A program made the translations under genes and the position numbers. Positions 13,467 through 26,336 of a DNA stretch of 64,000 nt are shown piece by piece. A model generated the notes under the pieces. It searched no databases. It worked only from the letters and a program-made list of their open reading frames with translations, and was not told the origin of the DNA. Source of the DNA: Paraphysomonas bandaiensis (Eukaryota; Protista; Chrysophyceae); assembly GCA_965644295.1 (NCBI GenBank), contig CBFFRP010000152.1, positions 62,001 to 126,000 of the forward strand, in the 5' to 3' direction. Position 1 is the first letter of the stretch. Each line of letters begins with the position of its first letter.

Positions 13467-13923
13467 ATGTCAAACGATGCTGAACAAGAAGTGATGGAGG
13501 TAGAGGGAGAGATGGATGTCTTGCAGGCCCTTAAGGAGGTCTTCAAGAAGGCTGCTGTGTATGACGGTCTTCGTCGCGGTATTCACGAGTAATACACTGA
13601 TCAAGTATGGTGTATCTTTTTTAATTGAATGGTGTAGGTGTGCCAAAGCGCTTGATCGCCGTGCGGCCCGCCTGTGTTGCCTTGCAAAGGACTGTGATAA
13701 TGAGGAGTATGTGCGTCTGATTCAGGCTCTGTGCGAGGAGAGCGGTGTGCACCTCATCATGGTTGATTCTGGCAAGGACATCGGAGAATGGTGCGGTCTT
13801 GCTAAGCTTAACGAGGACGGCACTCCCCGCAAGGTTGTTCGCACCTCCTGCGCTGTCATCACTGACTTCGGTGAGGAGACCCCCGCTGTCAATGTCGTTC
13901 TGAAGTACGTCAAGTCGCTTTAA
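13467..13923 (+). CDS. RPS12: 40S ribosomal protein S12 (eS12), one intron 13589-13637
   Basis: MDVLQALKEVFKKAAVYDGLRRGIHE|CAKALDRRAARLCCLAKDCD...GEWCGLAK...PRKVVRTSCAVITDFGEE. Confidence 0.95.
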
Positions 13924-14699
13924 TCTTTCTACTGAAGTCAATTCTGTAATAAGCATCTTTTAATACATATACTTTATTCTTTTGAACGTACTTTTCAGTG
14001 GTAAATTCAGGGCACGCTCCATAAACTTAGCAAAGCGGTTCAGGATATATGATTCTCAGCGGCTGCAATGTAAAGTTATCTTTACATGCTCTTCTTTTTC
14101 ATGATACTGTAAATTAAATAATAGAAATTAGGGTATTCGTTTCGTCGAAATTAGTAAGTACCTTTGTACATATTACATATACTGACATATTTCCACACAT
14201 CGAATATAACAGAGTACAATATATAATATATATACTATCTGCATGACCACAAATAAGTATTTAATATTTACGATGCACCATCCTCCACATACCACATACG
14301 TCAGTTGCGAAACTGCCGGGAGTAAAAGCGTGTAATCTTTGTGATTAAACTTGAGAGTGTATCACAAATAAGGGATACTTATAATCCGGTAAAAAATATA
14401 AATTCTTGGAAATGAGCTTTTTTTACTTATATATCGATTGTGCTGACAGTGGGTTGTTTCGCATATTATTGCACCCCTGACGTCTTACTTATGCGCACTT
14501 TCCCTTGTTACATTACAATAAACCATGTACTGATTTATCAGAACTTTTTGATTATTGCGTTACACGCTGACAAGATGTATTATAAGCATGAATAGCCTGT
14601 CGCTTCCGCGTAAACACACTGATTTGAGCTACAAATGCAACCACGTATGGAGAAAGCATTTCAGTAATAGAAAAGCAAATACTAAACTATGAGAAAACA

Positions 14700-15195
14700 T
14701 TACGATTCCACTCGAATATTTTCTTCTTCCTCCGCAACCGCTTCATCGGTAAATGGATTAGCAATTTCTTCCATACCGTCAGCGGGAGCAAGAAAACTTA
14801 CTTGAGTGCCCCTGCACACTACCAGCCCAAGTGTACGGGTCCTATCAGTAACTCGGTACAAATCATTGGGATCTAGAAAAGTAATGTGTCAATTCACCAT
14901 AACTAAATAACATACTTCCCAACACATTACCTCTAATGTACTCTACGCAGTCATCAAGGACAACATTGTCTAACTTATCGAATCCTTTCAAGATACCATC
15001 CACTGCACACATATAATAAAGGAAATAATACATTACAATATTCTTTAATAAAACCTTCACGTCCTCCTTGAAATTTCACACGAACTCTCTGATCAATATA
15101 CTTGCCGAGATCCACAACATTCTCCTTTGATTTTGACTATTAAAATACTCAAATATTATGTAAGTATATTAATGAAATACATAAGATTTTACCAT
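14700..15195 (-). CDS. LSM7: U6 snRNA-associated Sm-like protein LSm7 (multi-exon)
   Basis: Spliced KENVVDLGKYIDQRVRVKFQGGRE|VDGILKGFDKLDNVVLDDCVEYIR|DPND...RTLGLVVCRGTQV...DGMEEIANPF. Confidence 0.93.
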
Positions 15196-15953
15196 AGTAA
15201 TTCAATGTTCAAAGAAGGTAACTTACTATTCACTATTAGAGCTCTAGTAATAATAGTTTGTAATGTATATATATCATAGTGGAGATATGCACACCATACT
15301 GCTGTACATGGGCATGGGGGTACTATATATACATACAGTACAGCATACATACTGCTGTACATAGACTATGTATGTATGTGTAGAGTGAGAGTGGTTGCTA
15401 CGTTATCTCTATTTTGACCATTTGTCGGGTCGAATATAGAAATCTCTATTTTTGTACAATATCGTGATATTATATGGCCTTTTCTACAATTGAGGAAGTT
15501 CCCGATGCAAGAAAAAGTGAAAAATGAGAACACCCTAAAAACCCTACTTTTTCTTTTAATCGATAGTTTTCAGTATTTTATCACCAGAAGTTTATATAAA
15601 AACCGGATTTTCATAGGAAGTTGTCTAAGAAATATACAGCAGTATACGATATCTATAGTACGAAGTATGATATGACGTGTACAAAAAGTATGATAAAAGA
15701 ATGTCAGCTAGACATATACATACACATATACAGCATAGTTGCATAGTAGAGTGCGTATATGTATATATATACCAACATCTCCCTATAAACTAGTTTGATA
15801 ATACACAATTACTAAAATATCATTCATCAACACTTACTTTACATCAAGTTAGTAACTAGCAAGTTTCTTATAACTATCATTTCAATCTCTTTCACACTCT
15901 CTATCACTCCATCTCTCTCACTATCTCTATATATATGAAAACATTGTATCATA

Positions 15954-18900
15954 ATGTTTTATATCAACAAATTCAAGAAAAATATTATTATACATGTATT
16001 AAAAATACGATCATGTGGTAATACTTCATCTAATTATGATCTTAGTGAAGTTGAAACATGTTTTCGTATGATTCGTATGGTTAGAAATTTTCGTAAAAGT
16101 GGACATTTTGCTGCATCTTTAGATCCATTAGCTAAAAGTAACGATATTGGAAATCAAAAAAATAAACCACGTACACCACCATGGTTACATGCTGATTCAA
16201 GACGACATCCTGATGTTGTAAGATTACTACGTCGTCATACACCTGATTTAAGTGTATATGGATTGGAAAATGTTCCATTGAACAAACCTTTTTATTTAGG
16301 TCAAGAAGTGAAGTTTAAAGGTCGCGAATACTGGACCATACGTGATCTGCTGCTCAATCTGCGTCAAGCTTATTGTGGTAGTGTTGGGGTAGAAATTCTG
16401 CATATTGAGAATAATTTCCGTCGGCGTTGGCTGCTAGCCAAGGTGGAAGGCGAGTATGGCCCCAGGAACTGGAATGTGTCCTCACCAGAGGACAAGCGTC
16501 GGTCGTTTACAAAATTGCTGGAGAGTGATCACACAGCACTCTTCCTTGGAAAACGATTTTCTTCTGCTAAAATATTTGAAATTGAAGGGTGTGAAGTGTT
16601 ACTTCCAGCGTTGTGGTCAATTGCGGATACCGCGTCAGCACTAGGAGTCGAAGCTGTGGAAATGGGAATGGCTCACCGAGGACGTATGAACGTTCTCCAC
16701 AACTTTTTTGAGAAATCGTTCGGAAGTATATGTAACAAATTCAACGAAAGTGAAGTGTATTCAGGCGATGTCAAATTTCATCTTGGGGCTAGAGCGACTG
16801 TCACGTTGCCAGGTGAAGATGGTCGTCGACGTGAATTGCACTTGTCGTTATGTGCAAACCCGTCACATCTCGAAGCAGTGTACCCAGTAGTTATCGGGAA
16901 AACTAGAGCCAAACAGTTCTACATACATGATACAGACATGACTCGTGTAATGCCTCTCGTTATCCATGGGTAATTTTGTCGAATAGTTTAATGTTATTGG
17001 TAATTCGTTTTGTGTAGAGATGCTGGGTTTAGCGGGCAAGGTATTGTTCCTGAGACAATGGAGCTGTCGAACCTTCCCGATTATCGTGTCGGAGGGGCTG
17101 TGCATATCATTGTTAACAACCAGATCGGCTTCACTACAGACCCTAAATTGGCGCGGACCTCATATCACTGTACAAATGTAGCTAAGATGATTGAGGCTCC
17201 AGTGTTCCATGTCAACGGGGATGACGTAGATGCTGTGGTGGCCGTGTGTAAGCTGGCAGTGGAATACCGTCAAAAGTTCGGACTGGATGTTGTGATAGAT
17301 ATTGTGTGCTATCGTCGTCATGGTCATACCAACAAAGAAGACCCTAAAATCACGCAACCAATTACGTACAAACTAATTGATGAACACCCATCGACTCTCA
17401 GAGTGTACTCCGAGAAACTTGTACGGGAGGGCATTATGACACAAGAAGAGATTGATGAACAATCTAAGAAACTTCTTGAAGTATATGCCATGGAGTATGA
17501 AAAATCTCGGGAGTATGTTCCGGACTCCTTAGAGTGGTTGGGATCCAATTGGCAAGGGACAGCCATCAGTAGCCTAGGAGAGAGACCGTACAACCAAACA
17601 GGAGTCCGAGTGGAATCTCTTATGGCGGTAAGCTCTTTGCCTTCGACTATATTTTTATATTTTAGGGGTCTTCTAGTATATTTTAATATTTTAGGGGTCT
17701 TGAATTTATATATTTTGAGTATTTATTAAACCACAACTTTGCTTTTGTATGGATATTGGTAGTACTTGTGATGATGTTCCCATGGTTTTAGGTCTTTCGG
17801 GCAATTAGCACTATTCCTGACCACGTGAATGCCCATCCAGATGTGCTTCAGATATTGGAAGCACGTAGAAAAATGATGGAGACCGGAACTGGGATAAATC
17901 TTGCTGCTGCTGAGCTGCTCGCATTTGGAACTCTTATTACAAAGTAACTACTTCGCGTGTTACAAAATGAAGTATTTTGTGTAAATTGCCTGATTCCGAT
18001 ATGTCGCTAGTAGTTCTGTCATAATACGTAATAGTTTAGAAATTCATTGTAAATGTCATACAGGTTCAGTCCTAACAATCCTATCGGTCTCCGAGGAGCG
18101 CAGCGAAGCCTATCTGAGTTAACAGATTTGAACTCTCCGTTATGTGCAGATGAAATGGTCCCCCATCCCACCGTGCATGTGCGCCTGTCTGGTCAGGACT
18201 GCGTGCGAGGAACATTCAACCAGCGCCACGCGGGCATTTTTTGTCAAGACACGGAGAAAAAATACGAGCAGTTAAATAACATCGACGTGGATGATGAACC
18301 CGCGACTTTTTCTGTGTCTAATAGCTCACTATCTGAGGCAGCAGTACTTGCTTTTGAGTATGGCTACTCTCTTGAAAACGAACTTGCTCTGACAGTGTGG
18401 GAGGCTCAGTTTGGAGATTTTGCAAATGTAGCGCAAGCTATCATTGATAATTTCATTGTCAGTGGAGAATCTAAGTGGAATGTTCACTCTGCATTGGTGA
18501 TGTTACTGCCTCATGGATACGACGGACAAGGACCGGAACACAGCTCTGCGAGAATTGAACGATTCCTTCAGCTTGTGGATGATAGAGAAGACTCTATTCC
18601 GGGCAGTGAAGCACACAGTAAGGATGAGATTGCTGCAGGTTTTGATGCGCTTGCAGCCCGTAATCCGGATGCTATCGTAAATGGAGAGCCCGTAGTTAGT
18701 CGGCGCTCCCTGATGGAGTCCATGTTTATGTTTTCACCGACGGAACTCAGCGGCAGTCGCCTGGAGGTGTCGATGACAGAGGTAATGGATGAGTTTAGTG
18801 GAGATGGACACGAGGAGTACATCACAAAAGATATGTGGTGAGTGAATGCTGCGCAGCTTCATGGCTGCTATTTACTATATTTACAGGGTAAAAATGATGT

Positions 18901-19785
18901 GTGCGTGGCTTCAACATAATTCCGAGCGGACGCATAACTTTAGTGTGATTGTTCCATCCACTCCGGCACAATACTTTCATGGCTTGCGACGTCAGATCCA
19001 CAGGTATTTATCGTTATTTGCCTATTCCGATGGTATTATAACTACGGTTTGCTGCTGTTGTTTCAGATCATACGCCAAGCCCGTTGCCGTGATGACCTCA
19101 AAGTGGCTTCTGCATCACAAGCCGTGCTCTTCAGACCTCGAGGACTTCCTACCTGGAACCTTTTTCAGACGTGTCATTATCGAGGGCCACGGTGGAGATA
19201 ATATGAGAATGCGAACCAAACAGAAAACAGACCTCCTACCCCCGCAGGAGATTAGAAAAGTTATTTTCTGCTGCGGGAAGGTAATTGTGCAATGCACTAA
19301 AATTATATTCCACTCTGTGACAAAATAGTTAACTTGCTGTTCTGTGCAGATATTCTACCATATGTACCATGCCCGCTCGGCCTCGGGTGTCAGAGACACA
19401 GCTTTTGTCCGCCTTGAGCAAATTGCCCCCTTCCCGTATGATATTGTGGCCACTGCAATCCAACGATATCCCAATGCTGAACTGGTGTGGGCACAGGAGG
19501 AACCACGAAATATGGGTGCTTGGACTTATGTTAAACCCCGGTTTGATACAACATTAAGAGAAAAATTACTTTCCCACCAGCCCATCAGGTATTTAAAATG
19601 AGTAGTTTATTAGTTGAAAATGTCTTTGTCGTTGTAAAGAATTTATTATTGTTTTATCTCATTTATGTAATTGTTTATGCAGATACGTTGGCCGGGGTCC
19701 TTCTGCTGCTCCAGCCACTGGACAGTATCGTCAACATCATGCAGAGCAAGTTGCGGTGATCAATGCCGCCCTCGACTTGTCATAA
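15954..19785 (+). CDS. OGDH: 2-oxoglutarate dehydrogenase E1 component (OGDH/SucA family), multi-exon
   Basis: [30 protein letters not shown]|[72 protein letters not shown]; start approximate. Confidence 0.93.
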
Positions 19786-20536
19786 AATGCACTGGCAAAC
19801 ACTCCATGATCGGCGTTACAGTGACGCTGTTATTTGTATGATAAATATTCTAGATGGAGAAATATCAAAATTATAGTAGGAGTAGCAATAGAAGTGCGGG
19901 TAAAGTGAAGTATAGACGTAGCGTTACGATACAGTGCACTGCTCTATTTATGGCACGAGGATATACTATTATACATAAATAATATTACTTATATCTGCCG
20001 CATAGCAAAATTGCCGTTTCATCAATGATAGTTTTGTGGAGTTTATATACGATACATTTAATATTTAGTCGGGGCTGTGTAACAGTTGTCCATTATTGGC
20101 ATTGCAATAATTGAAATTGGGGCAGCAATAATAATTGAAATTACACTTGATAAAAAATTCTTAATTTAATATGATTTAATTGTTACTAAACTCTTTACTG
20201 TAGAATTATGTAGAACCAAGTACCAGTATATTCGTATATTCCATTAATAGTAGTCCTGCTCCCGGCAAATATAATGGCGTTACCATTAATGCTATTGTCA
20301 TTAACGGTCCTGATATAGAGACACTCTACTAATGACTAATAAATTTGTATGTGCCAGATACTGTCTACATTTTTTTGCGTCGGTATACTTAATACTCAAG
20401 CAAGTCAATGATATAACTCTCACTGAAGAGTGTTTTATGTTTGAATATCAATACAATACGCCAATAATCAATCGCCGACTAGCATCTCTATACCAATATG
20501 CTTATTAATAAAGCGTCAGTATTGCACATCTATAAG

Positions 20537-23118
20537 CTACTCCTTAGAAATTGTTGCAGATGTTTCACATCTCTCCAATACTAAAAGCATTTCACAGTGA
20601 GGAGTCATAGGAAACAGATCCACAGGAGTTGCTTGTACCGGGCGAAACGCTGCACCACGATACTTCTTACTTGAAGGGCCACATAGCATGGTACAGTCTC
20701 TCACTAGACTCTTTGTGGGGTTACACGACACATACACGAGTCTATCGATGCGAGAGCAGTTCCGAATGGCTTTAAGACAATCCACATGAAGTCCCTGATT
20801 TAAAAAGTCAGTCACACAAAGATAGTATATCATGGCTGCGCACCTCCCTAGGCGGGTCTACTACGGCCAACACTTTCTTTTCTTTGGATAATGCATGAAT
20901 TTGTCTTTGTAATTCTGCAGATAATCCGCCACCAGAAGAAGTGGAATGCCTATCATTGAGGATACTCTCGAGTACTCCTTCTGCCCTAGAGCACACAAAG
21001 GCTGCTGGACACTCACTGTCGCCCCCATTTTCTTCTCCCAGTAGTCTTAGGCCATTCAGCTTTGCATTTTCGTTTGCATCATCGATGGCTGGTCCGCATA
21101 TGTCGACCCCCACAACCCCTCCGACTTTCGCACGGGCACAGCATATGCCAATCGTTCCGGTTCCGCAGCATACATCTAAACATAACAGGTCTCTACCCTC
21201 CTCAGCATCATTGCCTCCGGAGCCTGTCTTAAGAGCATCTACTACGCGTGAATATAAAACTTCTGCAGCGGGAGTATTAACTTGGAAGAATGCCTGAGGA
21301 GACACTCGGAAAGTACAGTCGTTCATCGACTCAGTTACCACGTCCTACAATACATCTCATATAAGACATGCGCAGTATAGTCCATGCAAACGCATATGAT
21401 GCAATAACTGTAGCAGTGTATTTTACCTCTCCGTACAGTAGTTTCACGGGATGATCAGAAGCAGGAACCGATAGGCCATCGTAGACTTGCACACAGAGCC
21501 CAGTCACAAGCTTATTGTCTCCTGTTGTCAGGTTCGCTACCATCTCCTTTAGTCGTAACTCTTCAGTCGCCCACACGTCTTCAGGTACATTTTTTAAAGA
21601 CACACAGAGCATGGCTACCATTTGATTGTTGCGCTCACTGAAACGGCATGTTAACAGCCGCCATACCCCACTATGAGTCTTTTGATCATACACTGTAAGC
21701 TCAGTGTGGTTTCTGAGATGATTAGTAAATGCCCTAACAAGTTGCTTCATGGCGTCGGGGACGGTGGGGCAGTCATCCGGGCTACCAACAAGTACACCTT
21801 CACTGTAAGAAGACACCCTGAAGCCCAGTGCAGGCAAGTAAATGGGCTGATTATCATCAGCTGGTGATGTCTTCACCTCGGCATCTTGAGCTGTTTCTAT
21901 CGCTTCAGACTTCTGCAACTCATGGCCAAAGGTAAACTCACACTTGTTCCTGTGCGACAAGCCGTCAAATTATGCAAGATTACGCATTTCGGTATAGCAA
22001 CCCTTATATGGAATAGAGTTCCTTACCTGTAACCTTCCACCTGGGGGGAAGGGATGATGGGTAATACCTCGACGGACGATAGGACTGCATTCTAAATTTA
22101 ACAGTGCTCTAAAACATTCTCATTACTTACTTCCTTCTTGTTTGCTGGCAGAGAGCCACCCGGGGATCTCACTCACTGCCTGGCCCTGTCGCTTCTTCTG
22201 CTTATTCGATTGCATATAGCTATCTTTCACTTCGCGAACAATCTTCTCTAAACAATCCTTTCTCATAGCAGCGGTTTTGCGTGTGAGTTGCTCCTCGTAA
22301 GGAACATCCCACCATGGGCAGACAGCACTTTTTGCTGTGCGAGGTGGACCATCAATCCGCTGCTTTGTATTTCTGCCAGATTCATTATCACCATCATGTG
22401 GTCGTTTACGTTGCAACTGTGCAGATGTGTCCCGTATACAAGGATGCAACTGTGATAGCTCCTTTAATACATCACACTCCAATATCCATACCACACCATA
22501 CCTTATGCTTTCTAAACTCACAATCATGTAATAATGTTATGGCTTTATCACGTTCTTCTTCCGACTATATCATAAGAGACTATCCCATTAATACATACAT
22601 ACATGAGTTGATAGCATCGTATAAGACTCACATCGAATGTAATGAATGCAAAATTCTTATTTGGAATACTTTTCAGTTTTCTAAATATGATTTCTTTGGA
22701 TTTAATGAGCTTTTCAAGATCTTTTTTATTATAGTTCTGTGAAGAGATGAGATGAATGAGTGGTATGTATGTATGTATGAGTGTGTGTATGTGTATGAGT
22801 GTACATGTATGTATGAGTGTGTGTATGTGTATGAGTGTGTGTATAGGTGATATTATTTAGTATGTATGTAGTGTTTATATACGTGTATGTATACATCAGA
22901 ATATATGAAGTGATATGAAGTGATATGAAGTTATGTACAGGTCACTTCATACATACATACACTACATATACACATACAGATGCATACAAGTGAACATACA
23001 TACATATACATACATACATACACGTACATATGTATATATATAATAACTATAGCATATCTACCTTAGGCATGTTGTTTATGACCATCTGAGGCCATTGGGT
23101 AGTAGTTTCTTCCTCCAT
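20537..23118 (-). CDS. tRNA (uracil-5)-methyltransferase TRMT2A/Trm2-like with N-terminal RRM, multi-exon
   Basis: RNKCEFTFG, FRVSPQAFFQVN, LDVCCGTGTIG, VVDPPR, LVYVSCNP, PVDLFPMTPHCE; N-terminus MEEETTTQWPQMVINNMPK. Confidence 0.9.
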
Positions 23119-23573
23119 ATTATTAGATTTGCATGGATGAATGAGATCGATAATGTGGAGTGTTAATGGCTATAATGATAGTGGAATATACAGCAGTACA
23201 TGTACACACATATGTATATATATGGACGCTATGTACATGATTGTATAGTACATACTGCTATGTGTACAGTGTACTTGTATATGTGTATGGCTGCTACTAG
23301 GGCATACCGGTATATACAGCAGTGTATATGGGGGTGTTCACTGACACTGTGTACGTAACTACTGTACCATAGTACGAAACATAATCTCTTACAGTACAAA
23401 ACATTGATCTTTACAACAGTGTACACTCTGTAATCGTCTCTATGTACTTCTGTATGTACTGCTGTACCTCTACATGTACAACTATGCAACATATCCTCCT
23501 CCCAACACATGCACCTTAAGAAATTCACATTACTAACAACAAGCTGCTAATCTACAACATTCACATCACTTCC

Positions 23574-24026
23574 ATGATCTCATTTCTATACCTTCGGCTA
23601 ATAGTTCTTGCTTTACTATTAAATTCCTATTGTTGCATAGATGTCAGTTGGATTCCTTCGGATCCTGAAGGGCCACTTCCACTTTCCAGGAATTATCGTG
23701 ATGCATTGCGTAAACTATGTGATATGATAGATACTAATGCACCATTACCATTACAAATATCAGAAAAGAAAGATGTTATACAGAGTTTATGTTTTAGGCT
23801 CGGTCAAGAGAATAATGATCCCTTAACAAGTATTGCTAGCAAAAGAAACCTTATGTTAGGGATTGCAGTAGTTGTGGGAGGATTGGCTATTGCGAAATAT
23901 GGTGGAGTTATGTTTCAGTGGTTTAAATCCCCTGTCAGTGGACACAAGGTTGGATCTCAGACTGCAACTCCTCAGGATATTCGGGAAATTCGCATGAAGA
24001 AATTTATGGAGAGTAAACAGTCTTAG
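23574..24026 (+). CDS. Hypothetical protein with signal peptide and one TM helix
   Basis: 150-aa ORF, hydrophobic N-terminus, TM LMLGIAVVVGGLAIA, C-terminal EIRMKKF. Confidence 0.65.
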   Translation: MISFLYLRLIVLALLLNSYCCIDVSWIPSDPEGPLPLSRNYRDALRKLCDMIDTNAPLPLQISEKKDVIQSLCFRLGQENNDPLTSIASKRNLMLGIAVVVGGLAIAKYGGVMFQWFKSPVSGHKVGSQTATPQDIREIRMKKFMESKQS

Positions 24027-24182
24027 TTCATGCCGTTTGTGTGTAACAGAGTGTGGTTGTAAGCTATTGCGAAAGAAGTATATTTAAATTTTAAATGTGC
24101 AATATAAATATCAGTGTAGTTCTTGCGTATATTCCATCTTGTATTTTCGTTTCCGTACCCTCATGAATGGCTTTAGTAGTAA

Positions 24183-24440
24183 GTGTCTGATTATTAGCAA
24201 TAGGCGTGTAAGAATCAGAACTAATGCAGCAAAACAATTTAACTGACTAGTGCTTAAATTTGATACCCTACTATTTGGCACTTCGAAAGCTGCTTGTGCG
24301 TCACCGCAAGCACTAATCTGCAACCACTATCGCTCTCTGTCCTTTGGGTGAACTAGCCCGGATGCTTGACTTCAGTACGCATCCCAAGAACACCTCGAAA
24401 AGGTGCGAGTCCGACTTTGTTGAGGGCGAAAGCTAAGCTA
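24183..24440 (-). mobile_element. Relic 3' UTR of LINE-like family
   Basis: TTAGCAATAGGCGT terminus and CCTACTATTT...GCTGCTTGTGCGTCACCGCAAGCAC...TGCAACCACT block homologous to 7200-7350. Confidence 0.65.
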
Positions 24441-24564
24441 GGTCTCATACTGAATCCCAAACTCATGGTGCTGATTGTTCAAGTATAATAAGAAATGTCT
24501 TGTCATTTTGAGATTATTTAGTTAAAACTTGAGTCCTATATTAAAGTAAAATACGTTAATTATA

Positions 24565-25212
24565 TCACATCGCTGCTATAACCCCTTTCAACGCAAAATA
24601 CACTTCTTTACCTGTTTGTTTAAAGTATTCTGATATTGATGTCGTAAAATTAGCGGATAATCGGTATGTACATCGAGACCATTGGATACGATTATTGTGT
24701 CTATCATAGACATGTGTCGCTCTATAATAGGTTTTGCTATATCGTTTCAAACTTTTAAGATAGGAGTCGTCTTCTTTATCCTTTTTGAATAGAATTTTTA
24801 TACGGTATCTACAGGTCCTTCAACAGAACCTGTTCTAGGGTACGTGATACACGTTATAATGGTGCTTGGACACAATAAACAAATTGTCACGATTGTATAC
24901 CTTGACAAATGACTGTGTCCCATTACCGTGATGAAAATCCCAATCAAAAATGAGAACACCTGATTGTCTATGGCATTGAATATTATTGTACAGCGTAATT
25001 ACATTGTTAAAAATAAAAAAACCTTCATGACTGTCGGCGCAGGAATGATGACCAGGAGGTATAATTATGGCATATGCGTACTCATAACTATTATCCGCGA
25101 TCGCCAGTAATACTTTAGCCGTATGTTTTACTGCATATGCCGTAAATGGTGTTATCAAAGTACGCTGCCGAAATACTGACCCACATATGTATCGTTTCCA
25201 CACATAGTGCAT
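24565..25212 (-). pseudogene. Degenerate intronless histone deacetylase (class II/AcuC-like)
   Basis: PPGHHS...GFFIFNNV, FDWDFHHGNGTQ; after frameshifts PRTG (YPGTG-like), IIVSNGLDVHTDYPL (SAGFDAH-like) and a frameshifted LEGGY-like end. Confidence 0.8.
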
Positions 25213-25227
25213 TTTGAATCGACATTA

Positions 25228-25774
25228 TATATTGAAAGTTTTTTTATTGAAAAACCAGTACCAATATAGTGGCTAGTTGAATGCCAGACATACTAATTAG
25301 ACCTCTACCCATAACTAATCAGCACAAATTCCATTATCCTACTATTTAACGCTACAGAAGTTGCTTGTGCGTTGCCGCAAGCACCAAGGTGCGACCACTT
25401 CCGTTCTAGATGTTGATTGCGAGTTTCGCCATTGTCGTGTGTCCTAGGACTCACCGGCGCTATATGATAGATGTGTATGTAGGGGACACGCTTAAGACTA
25501 CACATACATTGTGTGCAATTTGCATCGGGGACTGCCTTATGTACCTCACGGCAACCAGGGGAAACAGTACTATACCCTGCTGAGATTGGCGATCTGGTGG
25601 CCTTCCTTTAGGCACTGTGCTAAGTGGCTCGGAAGGATGTGGATGAAGGTCTTGCAAAAGGTTATAGCCTACTGTGAAGAAGCGTCGAAATCGACTCTTT
25701 TGCTGTCTTAGCCAGCGGTAGAGAGCACATGCAAGAGAGTGTATAGCTGGACAGGGGTGGGATATGAGGGGTGG
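25228..25774 (-). mobile_element. 5'-truncated LINE-like insertion with 12-bp TSD
   Basis: GAATCGACATTA at 25216-25227 and 25775-25786; 3' UTR homologous to 7232-7412; encodes the same PKGRPPD motif. Confidence 0.8.
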
Positions 25775-26336
25775 GAATCGACATTAGCACGTGCCACACA
25801 ACTTTGAATCAAACACAAAACCCGACGTGTGACTATAGTGTAGGCTCGCTGTTACATGTTTCACCGCCTATAGAACCAAGATTTTGCACTAATTCTACCA
25901 CCCGCCTACCCTTGTACTAATGTAGCTGACCACATAGGTCACGCGCAGATTCTGTTGTCGCCCCGTCCGTGTTCACTTTCTCATAGCTATGCATGACTTA
26001 TACATGTAATTCGTGCAGATTCTAGTAGGACCATGTTTACCTTCCCATTACGTAACAAAGATTACGAGGAGCTTCTCAGTATAGGTCTAGCTTATGTAGT
26101 ACATCTGAAGCTCTATGCGAAGAGTACGATTGTAGAAGTTGGTTGTGAGAATTAAGAGCAATGGGAAATTTTAATACGAAAAAGCGTTAAAAATTATTAG
26201 AAAATGGAGTTGTGTTCGTTCACATTAGCTGTCAACAAATACAAATACGCACGAAAACCGACTTCTTAAGTCAACTTCTTCGTATATATGTTGATGTCAT
26301 GTACATCGTGCAGCATTAAAGTCAATAGTTCAGTAC

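Noticed and set aside
24350-24415. Hammerhead ribozyme in the hairpin-rich relic
   Set aside because: Hairpins are present but there is no correctly placed CUGANGA/GAAA core on either strand
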